In this document: piece by piece, positions 28,953 through 39,376 of the stretch
Position numbering within the stretch: position 1 is the stretch's first letter
Layout of the letters: every line of letters starts with the position of its first letter
NCBI GenBank assembly: GCA_963666275.2
Contig: CAXXOA010000002.1
Coordinates: 352,001-416,000 of the forward strand
Reading direction: 5' to 3'
Length of the DNA: 64,000 bases
Source: Oceanispirochaeta sp.
Lineage (GTDB): Bacteria > Spirochaetota > Spirochaetia > DSM-2461
Notes under the pieces: generated by a model
Seen by the model: the letters and a program-made list of their open reading frames with translations, nothing else
Database searches by the model: none
What the model was told of the DNA's origin: nothing
Translations under genes and position numbers: made by a program

Positions 28953-29552
28953 ATGTCCAACCGAAGCCGACCGGACTTCTATTCACAAAAAGCCAAACGC
29001 GAGGGCTACATGGCCCGATCGGTCTATAAGCTTGAAGAGATCCAGAATAAAACCAGTCTTATCAGACCGGGAGATACTGTTCTTGATATCGGAGCCTCGC
29101 CGGGAAGCTGGACGCAGTACGCTCTGAAGCTCCTGAAAGGACGGGGCCGTGTTGTAGGGGCCGATCTGAAACCTCTGGGAAACTTCAAAGCCAAAGGGGA
29201 CCTGAAATTTATCCAGGGAGATATCTTCTCCGATGAGGTCACAGGCCTTCTCTCCGAACTGGGACCTTTTCAGGTCATAATAAGCGATGCCGCTCCCTCC
29301 ACCTCTGGAAACAGACTGATGGATACCCGGCGTTCCTACGATCTGGTCGAACGGATCCTTGAGTTTACTCTTAAATGGCTGGAACCGGGAGGAAATTTTG
29401 CGGTGAAGGTATTTCAGGGCGGAGATGAACAGGAGCTTTTTGATAGAATGAAACTGGAATTCGCCCAGGTAAAAAGGCTTAAGCCCAAGGCTGTGAGAAA
29501 AGAGTCTTTTGAAACCTACTTTATTGGACTGGGAAGAAACAGCACGGACTGA
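28953..29552 (+). CDS. rlmE: 23S rRNA U2552 methyltransferase (FtsJ/RrmJ)
   Basis: ARSVYKL, DIGASPGSW, SDAAP, KVFQG, KPKA.RKES.E; ATG 28953 after GGAG. Confidence 0.93.
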   Translation: MSNRSRPDFYSQKAKREGYMARSVYKLEEIQNKTSLIRPGDTVLDIGASPGSWTQYALKLLKGRGRVVGADLKPLGNFKAKGDLKFIQGDIFSDEVTGLLSELGPFQVIISDAAPSTSGNRLMDTRRSYDLVERILEFTLKWLEPGGNFAVKVFQGGDEQELFDRMKLEFAQVKRLKPKAVRKESFETYFIGLGRNSTD

Positions 29553-30548
29553 TCAGACAGCCCGGCGCCCCCGTGCGGAAGAAAAACCCGAGATCAGCCT
29601 GGTAAGATAGAGCTGAAAGGCGATCACCTGCATCTCCTTTTTCATCTCCCGGAGGGTTCTGTCCAGCCTCTCCCCCTCCTGCTGGGCTTTGACAAGCTCT
29701 TCCAGATGGTACTTCCGCAGACCTTCACTGGTGACTCTCTGATTCTTCTTGCCTCTCACACCGTACATCTGAAAGGCTGTCTGCAGGGTCTCTCCCTCGG
29801 TGACAGCCGTTTTAACCCTCAGGACCCGGCGGATCTGTCTGAGAAAGCCTCCGATAAGGAACACAGGGTCCACATCTCCCGAGAGGATGATTGTGGAAAA
29901 GACCTCCAGAGCCGGATTCAGCTCCTTCAGCAGGACTTTTTCAAAGAGGGTGAATACATTTTCATCCTTGCTGTGATAGACAAACGTATCAATATCCTCT
30001 TCTGAGATCTGATCGCCTATATTGAAGTAGAAAGAGAGTTTACTGCAGGCTATCTTCAGATCGCTGGTGTTGTTCTCCACCATCTCCAGGAGCATATCCA
30101 CTGCCCCTGAGGTAATTTTCATTCCCTGGTCGGAAAAGAACTTAATAATCCAGCTTTTCTTCTGGTTATCAAACATTTCCCAGAATATTTTCTTCTGAGC
30201 CGCAGGCACCAGCTTTTCAACCTTTTTATCGATGGAGATCCCGTCACTGAGAAGAATCAGGGTCACATCCTCCGGCATATTGCCACAGAACTGGGCAAGA
30301 AGCTTTATATCCGCCGCTTTTTTAAGCTCCTCCATATTGTTGATGATAGCCAGCTTGTGAGCAGAAAAAAGTGATCCGTTCCGCAGGATGGAAAGGATCT
30401 GACTCATATCAGAGTCAAAGGGATAAAATTTGTGGGATTCAGGATCCTCACCCAGTTTTTTTTTCAGAGACTGCCTGATATTCGTTATGAACTGGTCTTT
30501 CTGACCTTTTTCAGGTCCCAGGAGAAGGAAAAGTTTGTCTTTAGCCAT
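29553..30548 (-). CDS. holA: DNA polymerase III delta subunit
   Basis: LFLLLGPE, SLFSAHKL, ENVFTL; size and context. Confidence 0.85.
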   Translation of the reverse strand: MAKDKLFLLLGPEKGQKDQFITNIRQSLKKKLGEDPESHKFYPFDSDMSQILSILRNGSLFSAHKLAIINNMEELKKAADIKLLAQFCGNMPEDVTLILLSDGISIDKKVEKLVPAAQKKIFWEMFDNQKKSWIIKFFSDQGMKITSGAVDMLLEMVENNTSDLKIACSKLSFYFNIGDQISEEDIDTFVYHSKDENVFTLFEKVLLKELNPALEVFSTIILSGDVDPVFLIGGFLRQIRRVLRVKTAVTEGETLQTAFQMYGVRGKKNQRVTSEGLRKYHLEELVKAQQEGERLDRTLREMKKEMQVIAFQLYLTRLISGFSSARGRRAV

Positions 30549-31143
30549 ACTGTCTTATTATTGTAATGAGTTTTCCCAGAACTTTTACGTCCTGAGTGAA
30601 TATTGATGGGTAAGCCGCATTTTCAGCCTGCAGACGCACCCGGTTTTTCTCTTTGAAAAATCTTTTTAAAGTGACGGCATCGTCCACCATGGCAACGACG
30701 ATCTCTCCGTTTTCAGCCACAGGCTGCTGAACAAATACAGCCAGATCTCCGTCAAAGATACCGGCTCCGGTCATACTCTCCCCTTCCACTCTCAGAGCAA
30801 AAAGGTTTCCCTTTCTCAGCACATCCGATGGTAGCGAGACTGTTCCGTCGTAGTTCTCCTCTGCAAAAAGAGGCAGACCCGCGGCCACATTTCCCAGTAT
30901 GGGGATTTTCTGTGTTTCGTTCTCCTCATCCTTTTCAGGAACCAGGGAGATAGCCCGGGATTTATTATGACTGATGGAAATAACCTGTTTTTTCTCCAGG
31001 GCTTTGACATGGTCATAAGCCCCTTTCACAGAAATACTGAAGTACCGGCCGATCTCCCGGATGGAAGGGGGATACTGATTATCCTGTATGAAAGTGCGGA
31101 TAAAACTGAGAATTTCGTTCTGCCTTTTAGTTAAGGTTTTCAT
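30541..31143 (-). CDS. lexA: SOS repressor LexA
   Basis: LTKRQ, PPSIREI, VAAG cleavage site, GESM (Ser), TLKR (Lys). Confidence 0.96.
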   Translation of the reverse strand: MKTLTKRQNEILSFIRTFIQDNQYPPSIREIGRYFSISVKGAYDHVKALEKKQVISISHNKSRAISLVPEKDEENETQKIPILGNVAAGLPLFAEENYDGTVSLPSDVLRKGNLFALRVEGESMTGAGIFDGDLAVFVQQPVAENGEIVVAMVDDAVTLKRFFKEKNRVRLQAENAAYPSIFTQDVKVLGKLITIIRQYG

Positions 31144-32501
31144 CTTTTAATTTCCAATCCGTACTTTTTAATCTTGCTGTGCAGATTACTGGGATATATC
31201 CCCAGATCCTGTGCCGTTTTCGCTATATTGAATCCGTTCCGTTCCAGTCTGTCCTGAAGGATCTCCGCTTCAAAAAGGTCTTTGGCCTCATTCAGCTTCA
31301 TCTCGCCGAATTTTTCAAGCAGGGGTGAGCGCCTTATGACTTTCTTCTCCCCCATAAACTTCCTGACCGTTTCCAGGGAAATAATATCCCCTTCGGACAT
31401 AATGTTAATTCTTTCGATGAAATTTTTCAATTCCCTGATATTCCCCGGCCAGGGATAGGAGACCATCTCCTCCATTCCTTCGGGAGAAATGGTTCGTCCG
31501 GCACTTTTTTCAGGCTTGAACTGGGCCATGAAATGTTCAACAAGCAGGGGGATGTCATCGACACGGTCTTTCAGGGCCGGTACATTTATGGGAACCACAT
31601 TGAGACGGAAATAGAGGTCCTCCCGGAATCTTCCCGCGTCAATCTCCTGAAGGATCTCCTTATTGGTCGCCGCTATAACTCTCACATCCACTGTGATCTG
31701 TTCGGTTCCGCCTATCCTGTCGAATTTCAGCTCCTGTATCGCCCGGAGAACTTTAGCCTGCGCACTGAGGGACATGTCCGCCACCTCATCCAGAAACAGG
31801 GTCCCCCCGTCGGCCAGTTCGAATTTGCCTTTTTTGGAACCTGCGGCTCCCGTAAAAGCCCCCTTCTCATAACCGAAAAGTTCGCTTTCTATGAGATTTT
31901 CAGGGATAGCGGCGCAGTTGATCTCTACAAAAGGGCCGTTTTTCCGGGGACTCTTATTATGAATAGCCCGGGCCACCAGCTCCTTGCCAGTACCGTTATC
32001 ACCCAGGATAAGCACCCGGGCATCGGAAGAAGCGCTCTGCTGGATCAGTTCCCGGATTTTCTGGATTCCCCGGCTCTGACCGACCATCTTTTCCTCGACG
32101 GCGGGAGTCCGTTTCAGATTCCGGTTTTCCCGTCGGAGTTTCTCCAGTTCCAGTGCATTCCTTGTGAGCGTCAGAACTCTTGTGAGGTCCAGAGGTTTCT
32201 CCAGGAAATCAAAGGCTCCTATTTTGATGGCTTTTACAGCAAGATCCACATTGGCATGGCCGGAGATAATGATGACCGAAACCACAGGAAAGTCTTCCTT
32301 TATTTTTTTCAGAACATCCACGCCTCCCATATGGGGCAGCCAGATATCCAGAAAAACAAGGTCAAAGGATTCGGTCTTCATCATATGAAGCCCTTCAATC
32401 CCGTCTTTTGCGGTGAGAACTTCATAGCCTTCATCTTCCAGAATATCCGTCAGGACCTCCCGGATAGAGGCTTCATCATCAATTATCAGTATTCGTTCCA
32501 T
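31140..32501 (-). CDS. sigma54-dependent response regulator (NtrX-like)
   Basis: IIDDE, LDIW, GDNGTGKE, GAFTGA, LFLDE, WPGNIREL, C-terminal HTH. Confidence 0.92.
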   Translation of the reverse strand: MERILIIDDEASIREVLTDILEDEGYEVLTAKDGIEGLHMMKTESFDLVFLDIWLPHMGGVDVLKKIKEDFPVVSVIIISGHANVDLAVKAIKIGAFDFLEKPLDLTRVLTLTRNALELEKLRRENRNLKRTPAVEEKMVGQSRGIQKIRELIQQSASSDARVLILGDNGTGKELVARAIHNKSPRKNGPFVEINCAAIPENLIESELFGYEKGAFTGAAGSKKGKFELADGGTLFLDEVADMSLSAQAKVLRAIQELKFDRIGGTEQITVDVRVIAATNKEILQEIDAGRFREDLYFRLNVVPINVPALKDRVDDIPLLVEHFMAQFKPEKSAGRTISPEGMEEMVSYPWPGNIRELKNFIERINIMSEGDIISLETVRKFMGEKKVIRRSPLLEKFGEMKLNEAKDLFEAEILQDRLERNGFNIAKTAQDLGIYPSNLHSKIKKYGLEIKR

Positions 32502-34257
32502 GCAATTCCTCATAGGGAAGGTCGATAAAAAAGGTTGTTCCCTCTCCTACTGCCGACTCCACCCAGATACGTCCCCGGTGATCAAAGACAATTCTTTCCA
32601 CGATAGAGAGTCCCAGACCGGTCCCCTCTTCTCTTGTTGTGTAATAGGGATTGAATATCTTTTCCTGATTCTCCGCATTAATTCCGGGGCCCGAATCGGA
32701 TATCTGTATTCTACAGTAAACAGAATACCCTTTCTTCACAAGATCAGCCCGGATTATAATCAGGCCGTTCCCTTCCATGGCCAGTATGGCGTTTGTAATC
32801 AGGTTGTTGAAGACCTGCCGGAACTGAGGGATATCGAATTCAAGCATCAGATCAGAAGAAACATTCTCGGTAAGAATGGAAACATCGGGATAGGATGCCT
32901 CGTAGACCTCTGTAATTTCATGCAGGAACTGCCGGAAGTTGCTGGCTTCCAGGACGGGTGGACGCTGCCGGGCAAACTCTCTGAACTCAACAAGAAGATT
33001 GTTCAGGTTGTCCACCTCCATCAGGATCCGGTTCATGGATTTTTCTATCATTCCCCGGGGAACAACCTCCTGATCCAGTTTTGTCAGAACTCTCTGGGAG
33101 TAGAGCCGGATGGGTGTGAGGGGATTCCGTATTTCATGGGCCAGCCGCTGGGCGATCTCCTGCCAGGCTGAAACCTTCTCGGTCTGCAGGATTTCACGGC
33201 GGGTCACATCCAGCTCTTTCATCATGGAATTAAAGGAGTCTGACAGAAAGGCAAAATCGTCATCCTCCCGGGAAAGGAAGCGGAAGGAGTAGTCTCCCTG
33301 CGTAACCCTCCTTGTGGCTTCTTCAAGCCGCAGAAAGGGCGAGATCAGTCTCTGACTGATCACAAGAGCCAGAACGAATCCCAGAAAGAGCATGGGCCCC
33401 AGAAAAATCGCATAAAAAAGGAGAAGTCCGATTTTGAAAAGCCGGCTGTAGTGGGTATACTGGCGGAATTTCTCTATCATTTGCGTCAGGTTCCTGGCAT
33501 TCCTGTCGAACTCTCTGGGAATGATCCTGTATATGACAATCCGGAATGACTCTCCCCGGACCTGCATCTCCTTGAGAAATCCAATGATACTGAAGTTCAG
33601 TCCGGTCCTTTTGGGAATCAGGCCGGGCGAAAGAGCCAGCAGATCCTGCCGGGTATAGTTGAGTCGGGGATCCCCGAAGAGGATCACATCGCTTGCGGTT
33701 ACAATCTGTATCCCGTCCAGACGGGGATAGAGCAGCTTCAACTCCTTCCAGGCGTCTTCGGGATCTGATCCCACCCGGCTGGCTGTGAGGGTAAAATAGG
33801 GACTTTCCCCGATATCCTCCAGCTGCTGATTCAAATCGTAGTAGTACTCCAAAGCGATATCGAGACCGCTGTTCAGAGCAATTCCCACATCATCGCCGAA
33901 CCACTTGTCGAAAACCATGTCCATAAAGCGGATGGACAGAACTGTCTGGGGAAGAGAAACAAGGACGACGATCAGCAGTATCAGCATGACCAGTTTGAGT
34001 CTGAAGTGATAGCTGCTGTGACGGTTTTTTATACGAACCCTGAGGTAGTAGATGCTATAGATCACAGTGAAAAGGATAATGACGGGAATGGTCATAAACA
34101 GAGCCATGAGAGTTCTGTTTTCACTGATGCTTTCCGGATCCAGCCCTTCCAGAATGGTGGATGAGAAAAAGAGAGTCAGGATGATTATGATCAGGTACAG
34201 GAGAACGATGGTGATGACACTGTTCTGCAGCAGCTCCCGAAAACGTGTCAGGTTCAC
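32479..34257 (-). CDS. Membrane HAMP sensor histidine kinase (NtrY-like)
   Basis: AWQEIAQRLAHEIRNPLTPI, NLITNA, DSGPG, GTGLGL. Confidence 0.92.
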   Translation of the reverse strand: MNLTRFRELLQNSVITIVLLYLIIIILTLFFSSTILEGLDPESISENRTLMALFMTIPVIILFTVIYSIYYLRVRIKNRHSSYHFRLKLVMLILLIVVLVSLPQTVLSIRFMDMVFDKWFGDDVGIALNSGLDIALEYYYDLNQQLEDIGESPYFTLTASRVGSDPEDAWKELKLLYPRLDGIQIVTASDVILFGDPRLNYTRQDLLALSPGLIPKRTGLNFSIIGFLKEMQVRGESFRIVIYRIIPREFDRNARNLTQMIEKFRQYTHYSRLFKIGLLLFYAIFLGPMLFLGFVLALVISQRLISPFLRLEEATRRVTQGDYSFRFLSREDDDFAFLSDSFNSMMKELDVTRREILQTEKVSAWQEIAQRLAHEIRNPLTPIRLYSQRVLTKLDQEVVPRGMIEKSMNRILMEVDNLNNLLVEFREFARQRPPVLEASNFRQFLHEITEVYEASYPDVSILTENVSSDLMLEFDIPQFRQVFNNLITNAILAMEGNGLIIIRADLVKKGYSVYCRIQISDSGPGINAENQEKIFNPYYTTREEGTGLGLSIVERIVFDHRGRIWVESAVGEGTTFFIDLPYEELHGTNTDN

Positions 34258-34817
34258 TCTGAAACCTCCGGAATTTTCATCCAGCCGCTTCGGCTGATAT
34301 ACCGCCCGGGAATCAGATACAACAGATTCAGAGGAGCTACAAATTTTTTATACACAACTTCCACCCTGTAGCGGATATCAGGTACCTCTCCCTCAAGACC
34401 GGAGACTTCAAGAGGAAAGTCCACCAAATGGGTAAGAGCCTGTTCGAAAGGTTCCCAGGACCTGTAGGTTCCTCTCTCGGATCCATTCATCAGGAGAATA
34501 AAATCGTCTGTGATAATATCCCGGAAGCCTGTACTGCGCAGAAGGATCTCTTTTGTCCTTAAAACCTGGGGATTCGTATTATCAGCAACCATTCTGGCTC
34601 TGAACGTATAGAGGATTTCGACCTTGCCCCCGTCCATGACACTGGCCTTAAGCCGTCTGGCATCCAACTGGGGTACAGCAACAGAAACGGCAATGGAATT
34701 GTTGCTGCCAATAGAGAAAAAACCTGTTTCCGGGGTCTGCGCCAGCAGAACTCCGGGTATTAAAAACCAGAGAAGAAAGCCCGGCAGATGAGAAAAGGAG
34801 ACGGATCTATTCCTCAA
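34254..34817 (-). CDS. Exported hypothetical protein in the NtrY-associated (DUF4390-like) position; start uncertain
   Basis: Signal-like segment ending LLA-Q; stop overlaps the kinase GTG. Confidence 0.55.
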   Translation of the reverse strand: MRNRSVSFSHLPGFLLWFLIPGVLLAQTPETGFFSIGSNNSIAVSVAVPQLDARRLKASVMDGGKVEILYTFRARMVADNTNPQVLRTKEILLRSTGFRDIITDDFILLMNGSERGTYRSWEPFEQALTHLVDFPLEVSGLEGEVPDIRYRVEVVYKKFVAPLNLLYLIPGRYISRSGWMKIPEVSE

Positions 34818-35070
34818 ATCTCGATTCAAACAGCTCAATAAGAGCGTTAACCGCGTTTTCCTCATCCGAACCTTCTGCGGAAATAGCAAGTTCCGTTCCG
34901 TAGGCGGCTCCCATTGTCAGAAGCCCCATGATGGACTTGGCATTGATTTTCTCAGAGTCTTTTTCAATAAAAACAGTGGCCTCAAACTGGCTGGCTGTCT
35001 GAACTATAAGAGCTGCCGGCCTGGCATGGAGACCGGCTCTATTCATAACTTTTGTATCTTTTCGGATCAT
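34807..35070 (-). CDS. ptsH: Phosphocarrier protein HPr
   Basis: GLHARPA (His15), NAKSIM (Ser46). Confidence 0.95.
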   Translation of the reverse strand: MIRKDTKVMNRAGLHARPAALIVQTASQFEATVFIEKDSEKINAKSIMGLLTMGAAYGTELAISAEGSDEENAVNALIELFESRFEE

Positions 35071-35073
35071 AAT

Positions 35074-36063
35074 TTATTCCTGTTTATTCAAGTAGTTATC
35101 CTGATACATATTTCTGGCGTTCTCACTTTCCAACCATTGTATCAGATTTTTGTTAAATTCTTTAGCAGAATAATGACCTTTCTTTTTTAATCTCTCATTA
35201 AGGGCAGCCGACTCAATAATAATCGGAATATTTCTTCCCGGTTTGACAGGTATATTAAAAATAGGAATCTTCACTCCCAGAATTTCCGTTGTTTTTATAT
35301 CTGTACCCAAACGGTCGTAATTTTTGTTCACATCCCACTCTTCCAGGTTGATCACAAGCTGAACCTGCTTTTTATCACGGATTCCACGGACTCCGAATAT
35401 CTGGGAAATGTTGATAATACCCAGGCCCCGGATCTCCATATGATGACCCAGAATTCTGCTGTCACTGAAACCCATAATTATTTTACCACTGAAACACTTC
35501 ATAAGTACAGAATCATCCGCAATTAAACGGTGTCCCCGTTCTATAAGCTCCAGGGCGGTTTCGCTTTTTCCAACCCCGCTCTCGCCTTTAATCAGAACTC
35601 CCACACCATACACTTCCACCAGAACCCCGTGTTCCGTTTTCTGGGGAGCAAAAATATCTCCCAGAGTTCTGATGATCCTGATGGAGAATTCCGAAGACTG
35701 GAGATTTGTCTGAAGGATGGGTACCCTGGCTTTTTCCGCTTTTTCCAGAAACCATTCGGAAGGCTCCAGATCCCTGCAGAAAACACAGAAAGGTATATCA
35801 TAGGTAAAAAGCCGATCTACCGAAGAGTAATCCTTCTTCCTTTCCAGCTCTTTCAGATACTCATATTCAGCTCCGCCGAAAACCTGTATCCGGTTGGGTG
35901 TAAAGGTCTTGAAAAAACCTGTCAGCGCCAGCCCCGGGCGGTTAAGCTCTATGTTGTCTATATTATGTATCAGCCCTTTTCTGCCTGCCAGACATTTTAT
36001 CTGCAGAGAGTTGTAATCCTGCAGATCCAGGTCGAGCAGATCCAGAACTGTAAACTTGGCCAT
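35074..36063 (-). CDS. hprK: HPr kinase/phosphorylase
   Basis: RPGLALTGF, GESGVGKSETALELI.RGHRLIADD, EIRGLGI, PGRN. Confidence 0.96.
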   Translation of the reverse strand: MAKFTVLDLLDLDLQDYNSLQIKCLAGRKGLIHNIDNIELNRPGLALTGFFKTFTPNRIQVFGGAEYEYLKELERKKDYSSVDRLFTYDIPFCVFCRDLEPSEWFLEKAEKARVPILQTNLQSSEFSIRIIRTLGDIFAPQKTEHGVLVEVYGVGVLIKGESGVGKSETALELIERGHRLIADDSVLMKCFSGKIIMGFSDSRILGHHMEIRGLGIINISQIFGVRGIRDKKQVQLVINLEEWDVNKNYDRLGTDIKTTEILGVKIPIFNIPVKPGRNIPIIIESAALNERLKKKGHYSAKEFNKNLIQWLESENARNMYQDNYLNKQE

Positions 36064-36158
36064 TTGTATCCCCTGATGTACCGGTTCATTCACCGGCCTA
36101 ATGATTGTACAAAAAAAAACCGGATTCCGCCACCTTTTTGTTCGCTATTCCGGGGCAT

Positions 36159-36188
36159 AAAAAAAGGCTGCTCCCGGGAGCAGCCTTT
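36159..36188 (-). terminator. Intrinsic terminator after hpf
   Basis: AAAGGCTGCTCCCGGGAGCAGCCTTT palindrome with a T tract on the minus strand. Confidence 0.8.
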
Positions 36189-36207
36189 CCTATCTGTCAG
36201 AGATCAC

Positions 36208-36504
36208 TCAGTGAGCCTGGATTTTCTCCTTCTCTCTGGTACATTTTATCTCAATCTTATCAAAGCACAGGTCAATGGCTTTATACAGATCCCGGTCTTC
36301 CACTTTCACGTGAGCATTCTGACCCCATCGGAAATGAACATCCGAAGAGACAATATAATAACCCTTTTTTTCACGGGACAATGTCAAATGCAGGTCTACT
36401 ATCATTTCTTCTACATGTTTCAGTCGGCGGAGCTTTTTTTCAGTTAAATACTCCCTGGTCTTGTCGGTCACATCGTAATGAACACCTTTAATTTCTACTG
36501 TCAT
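36208..36504 (-). CDS. hpf: Ribosome hibernation promoting factor (short HPF/RaiA family)
   Basis: EIKGVH, DLYKAID, REKEK; directly downstream of rpoN. Confidence 0.88.
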   Translation of the reverse strand: MTVEIKGVHYDVTDKTREYLTEKKLRRLKHVEEMIVDLHLTLSREKKGYYIVSSDVHFRWGQNAHVKVEDRDLYKAIDLCFDKIEIKCTREKEKIQAH

Positions 36505-36522
36505 AGAAGCCTCCTATATAAA

Positions 36523-37893
36523 TTACCGCCTGAAAGAAGAATGGATATCCAGTTCTTTTCTGTATTTTGCCACTGTCCTCCTGGCGATATTTATCCCGCG
36601 CTTACTCAGAAGATCTGAAATCTTCTGATCTGATAATTTTTTCTCACCTGTATTCTCGGCAAGAATTTCTCTTATGATCTCCTTCACACCCTCTTTGGAA
36701 AACTTGGACCCTGTAGATCCTGCTCCCGAAATGGAGTTTGTGAAAAAATACTTCAACTCATAGATTCCCCATTCTGTCTGTACATACTTATTTGTGGTAA
36801 TTCTGGAGACAGTGGCTTCATGAACGCCAATCTCTGCGGCAACATCTTTCAGAGTCAGAGGGTTAAGGTATTTCGGCCCCTTTCTGAAAAACTCCCGTTG
36901 AAACTCCAGAATTGCGGTGGCAGTTTTCAGAAGAGTCTGATTACGCTGATTCACACTGTTGATAAACCAGCGGGCATCACGAACTTTTCCATTAACAAAC
37001 TGTTTTACCTGCTTATCTTCAGCGGTAACGCCTCCATCATGTATATCCTCGAAAAAGGAATTTATCCTCATAACAGGGATCTCTTCATCATTGAGAACAA
37101 TGACAAATTCCCCCTCTTTCTTTTTTACAACGATGTCCGGTATCACATAGTTGTAAGACGCATCAGAATAATCACTTCCCGGATAGGGGTTGAGGGTCTG
37201 AAGGAAATGAATCATTTCATCCCACTCCTCCCGGGTGATTTTCATCTGCTTTATAATTTCATTATATTTCCCTTTCTCCAGCAATTCAAAAAAATCTTTG
37301 AGTAATCGGTCAATGCCCTCAGGCATATCCTCCCGGAGATGGGCCTGAACCAGCAGAGAATCCAGATGATCTCTGGCACAGACTCCCTGGGGATCAAACT
37401 CCTGGACGATGTGAATCATATGTTCCAGAAGATCATATTCTTTCTCTTCTACAAGGGAGTGGGGATCTTCCAGATGAAAACCGTTGGAATCCAGATTTCT
37501 GATCAGAAGTTCTCCGATTTCAATCTCCCTCTCGGAGAGGACTGTGACATGGAGCTGCCAGAGAAGGTGATCCTGCAGAGATTCCTTACGGGAAACAGCC
37601 CCTTCCAGAAATTTCCGCTTCGTATCTTCCCCCGTATCGGGTGCCCGGGTATAACCGGGATCGGAGGAATTTTCAAAAGGATCATAATCATCACTTTTAC
37701 GGACGGGAATATCATCCAATGAGAGAGTTTTACTGTTTTCTACCAGTTCAAGAGCAGGGTTTTTTTCAATTTCCTCAGCAATTTTCTGCTGAAGGTCCTG
37801 TATGGGTAAAGCCATCAACTGTATTGACTGATACAGTTGGGGGCTCATTTTCAGTCTTTGTTCCTGCGTCAGAACAGGTCTTTGAATCTGCAA
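36523..37893 (-). CDS. rpoN: RNA polymerase sigma54 factor
   Basis: HEATVSR, ARRTVAKYR RpoN box; TTG start after AGGAGG. Confidence 0.97.
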   Translation of the reverse strand: MQIQRPVLTQEQRLKMSPQLYQSIQLMALPIQDLQQKIAEEIEKNPALELVENSKTLSLDDIPVRKSDDYDPFENSSDPGYTRAPDTGEDTKRKFLEGAVSRKESLQDHLLWQLHVTVLSEREIEIGELLIRNLDSNGFHLEDPHSLVEEKEYDLLEHMIHIVQEFDPQGVCARDHLDSLLVQAHLREDMPEGIDRLLKDFFELLEKGKYNEIIKQMKITREEWDEMIHFLQTLNPYPGSDYSDASYNYVIPDIVVKKKEGEFVIVLNDEEIPVMRINSFFEDIHDGGVTAEDKQVKQFVNGKVRDARWFINSVNQRNQTLLKTATAILEFQREFFRKGPKYLNPLTLKDVAAEIGVHEATVSRITTNKYVQTEWGIYELKYFFTNSISGAGSTGSKFSKEGVKEIIREILAENTGEKKLSDQKISDLLSKRGINIARRTVAKYRKELDIHSSFRR

Positions 37894-37959
37894 AGGATCC
37901 TCCTGACAATTAAAATTGTATCATTATTCCGTATTAAAGCAATAGCATCCGATTATATA

Positions 37960-38718
37960 CTACATTGAGAAATCGTGTCCCAGATAAATAGTCCGGGCCA
38001 ATTCGCTTTTCAAAAGTTCCTCTTTTGAGCCGCTGACAATGATCTCACCAAGGTTCGTAATATAGGACCGGTGGGTTATCTCAAAAGTGTCCCGTACATT
38101 GTGATCGGTAATGAGGATTCCAATCCCCCGTCCCGACAGCTGTTCCACAATTTTCTTTATTTCATAAACCGCAATGGGATCAATCCCGGCAAAAGGTTCA
38201 TCCAGCAGCAGAAAACGGGGATCCGTCGCCAGAGAACGGGCGATTTCAGTCCTCCGCCGTTCGCCTCCCGACAGGGTAAAGGCCTTCTGGTCCCGGACTT
38301 TCTGTATGCCCAGATCTTCAATAAGCTCCTCCATCTTTTCGAGCTTTTCGGCTTTACTGAGATTTCTCCTTGTCTCCAGGATTGCCCAGATATTCTCTTC
38401 CACAGTCAGTTTTCTGAAGACTGAGGGTTCCTGGGGCAGGTAGGAGATCCCCAGCCTGGATCTCAGGTACATGGGTTCATGGGTGATCTCTTTATCATCC
38501 AGAAGAATTTTACCTGCGGTGGCCTTGATAAATCCCGCAATCATATAGAAACAGGTTGTTTTCCCTGCTCCGTTCGGCCCCAAGAGACCCACAATCTCTC
38601 CCTGGTGCATGGAAAAGCTCATGGTCTTTACGGCAGTTTTTTTTCCGTAGACCTTCCGGACATCCTCCACCCTGAGAGTGCAGGCGGGTTTCATGGAAAT
38701 GTTATCATTCTCCTTCAT
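37960..38718 (-). CDS. lptB: LPS/lipid export ABC ATPase
   Basis: GPNGAGKTT, YLPQEPSVFRKL, LSGGERRR, DEPFAGIDP, TDHNVR. Confidence 0.94.
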   Translation of the reverse strand: MKENDNISMKPACTLRVEDVRKVYGKKTAVKTMSFSMHQGEIVGLLGPNGAGKTTCFYMIAGFIKATAGKILLDDKEITHEPMYLRSRLGISYLPQEPSVFRKLTVEENIWAILETRRNLSKAEKLEKMEELIEDLGIQKVRDQKAFTLSGGERRRTEIARSLATDPRFLLLDEPFAGIDPIAVYEIKKIVEQLSGRGIGILITDHNVRDTFEITHRSYITNLGEIIVSGSKEELLKSELARTIYLGHDFSM

Positions 38719-39376
38719 CCTGATCCTCCCCGGGGTCCTCGCTCTGAGAATCCTCTTCTGTATCTTTCTTTTCCTCAGAAAGTAGGGATCCCTGAACATC
38801 CCCTTCCATCTTGATTTCATCCGTATCCAGGTTCACTGTGATTCTTGACGCCCTGAAGACATCCTCATTCCTGAAAACAACGGGAAGTCCTGTCAGCTCC
38901 AGCAGATTCTGATCCCTGTAATACACGGCGAACTCACTCCGGCAGGCCAGATCCTCCTTCAGAATTCTAACACCGATCTGAAGGAAAATAATATTCTCCT
39001 CCTCCCGGTTCTCCATATAGCCGCTTTTGATGATAAGCTCGTTCTTTCTGTCCTCCATTATGGAGGGACCGTTGATCCGGATGATTTTTTTATCGTTATC
39101 ATAGAGAAAGACCTGTGAAGTCAGGGTAAAGTCATTTTCAAGATCTTTAACCTCCACGTCCCCTTGGCACTGAAAAATCGAAAAATTCTTCCCCAGAAGT
39201 TCCGCCTTCTCAGACCGGATGATCTTTGTTTCCGAAGAGATCTCCACTTTCCCCTCCAGTACAGTGACCTCACGTCCTTCCGCCATGACAGACTTGAGAT
39301 AGTCGCTGGAGAAATTGTAGTTCTCCGGGAAGAGAGACAGGGGAAGCAGAAAAAGGAGAAGGAGAAACCTATTCAT
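38705..39376 (-). CDS. lptA: LptA/OstA family periplasmic protein
   Basis: Signal peptide, beta-jellyroll-like sequence, position between lptC and lptB. Confidence 0.75.
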   Translation of the reverse strand: MNRFLLLLFLLPLSLFPENYNFSSDYLKSVMAEGREVTVLEGKVEISSETKIIRSEKAELLGKNFSIFQCQGDVEVKDLENDFTLTSQVFLYDNDKKIIRINGPSIMEDRKNELIIKSGYMENREEENIIFLQIGVRILKEDLACRSEFAVYYRDQNLLELTGLPVVFRNEDVFRASRITVNLDTDEIKMEGDVQGSLLSEEKKDTEEDSQSEDPGEDQDEGE

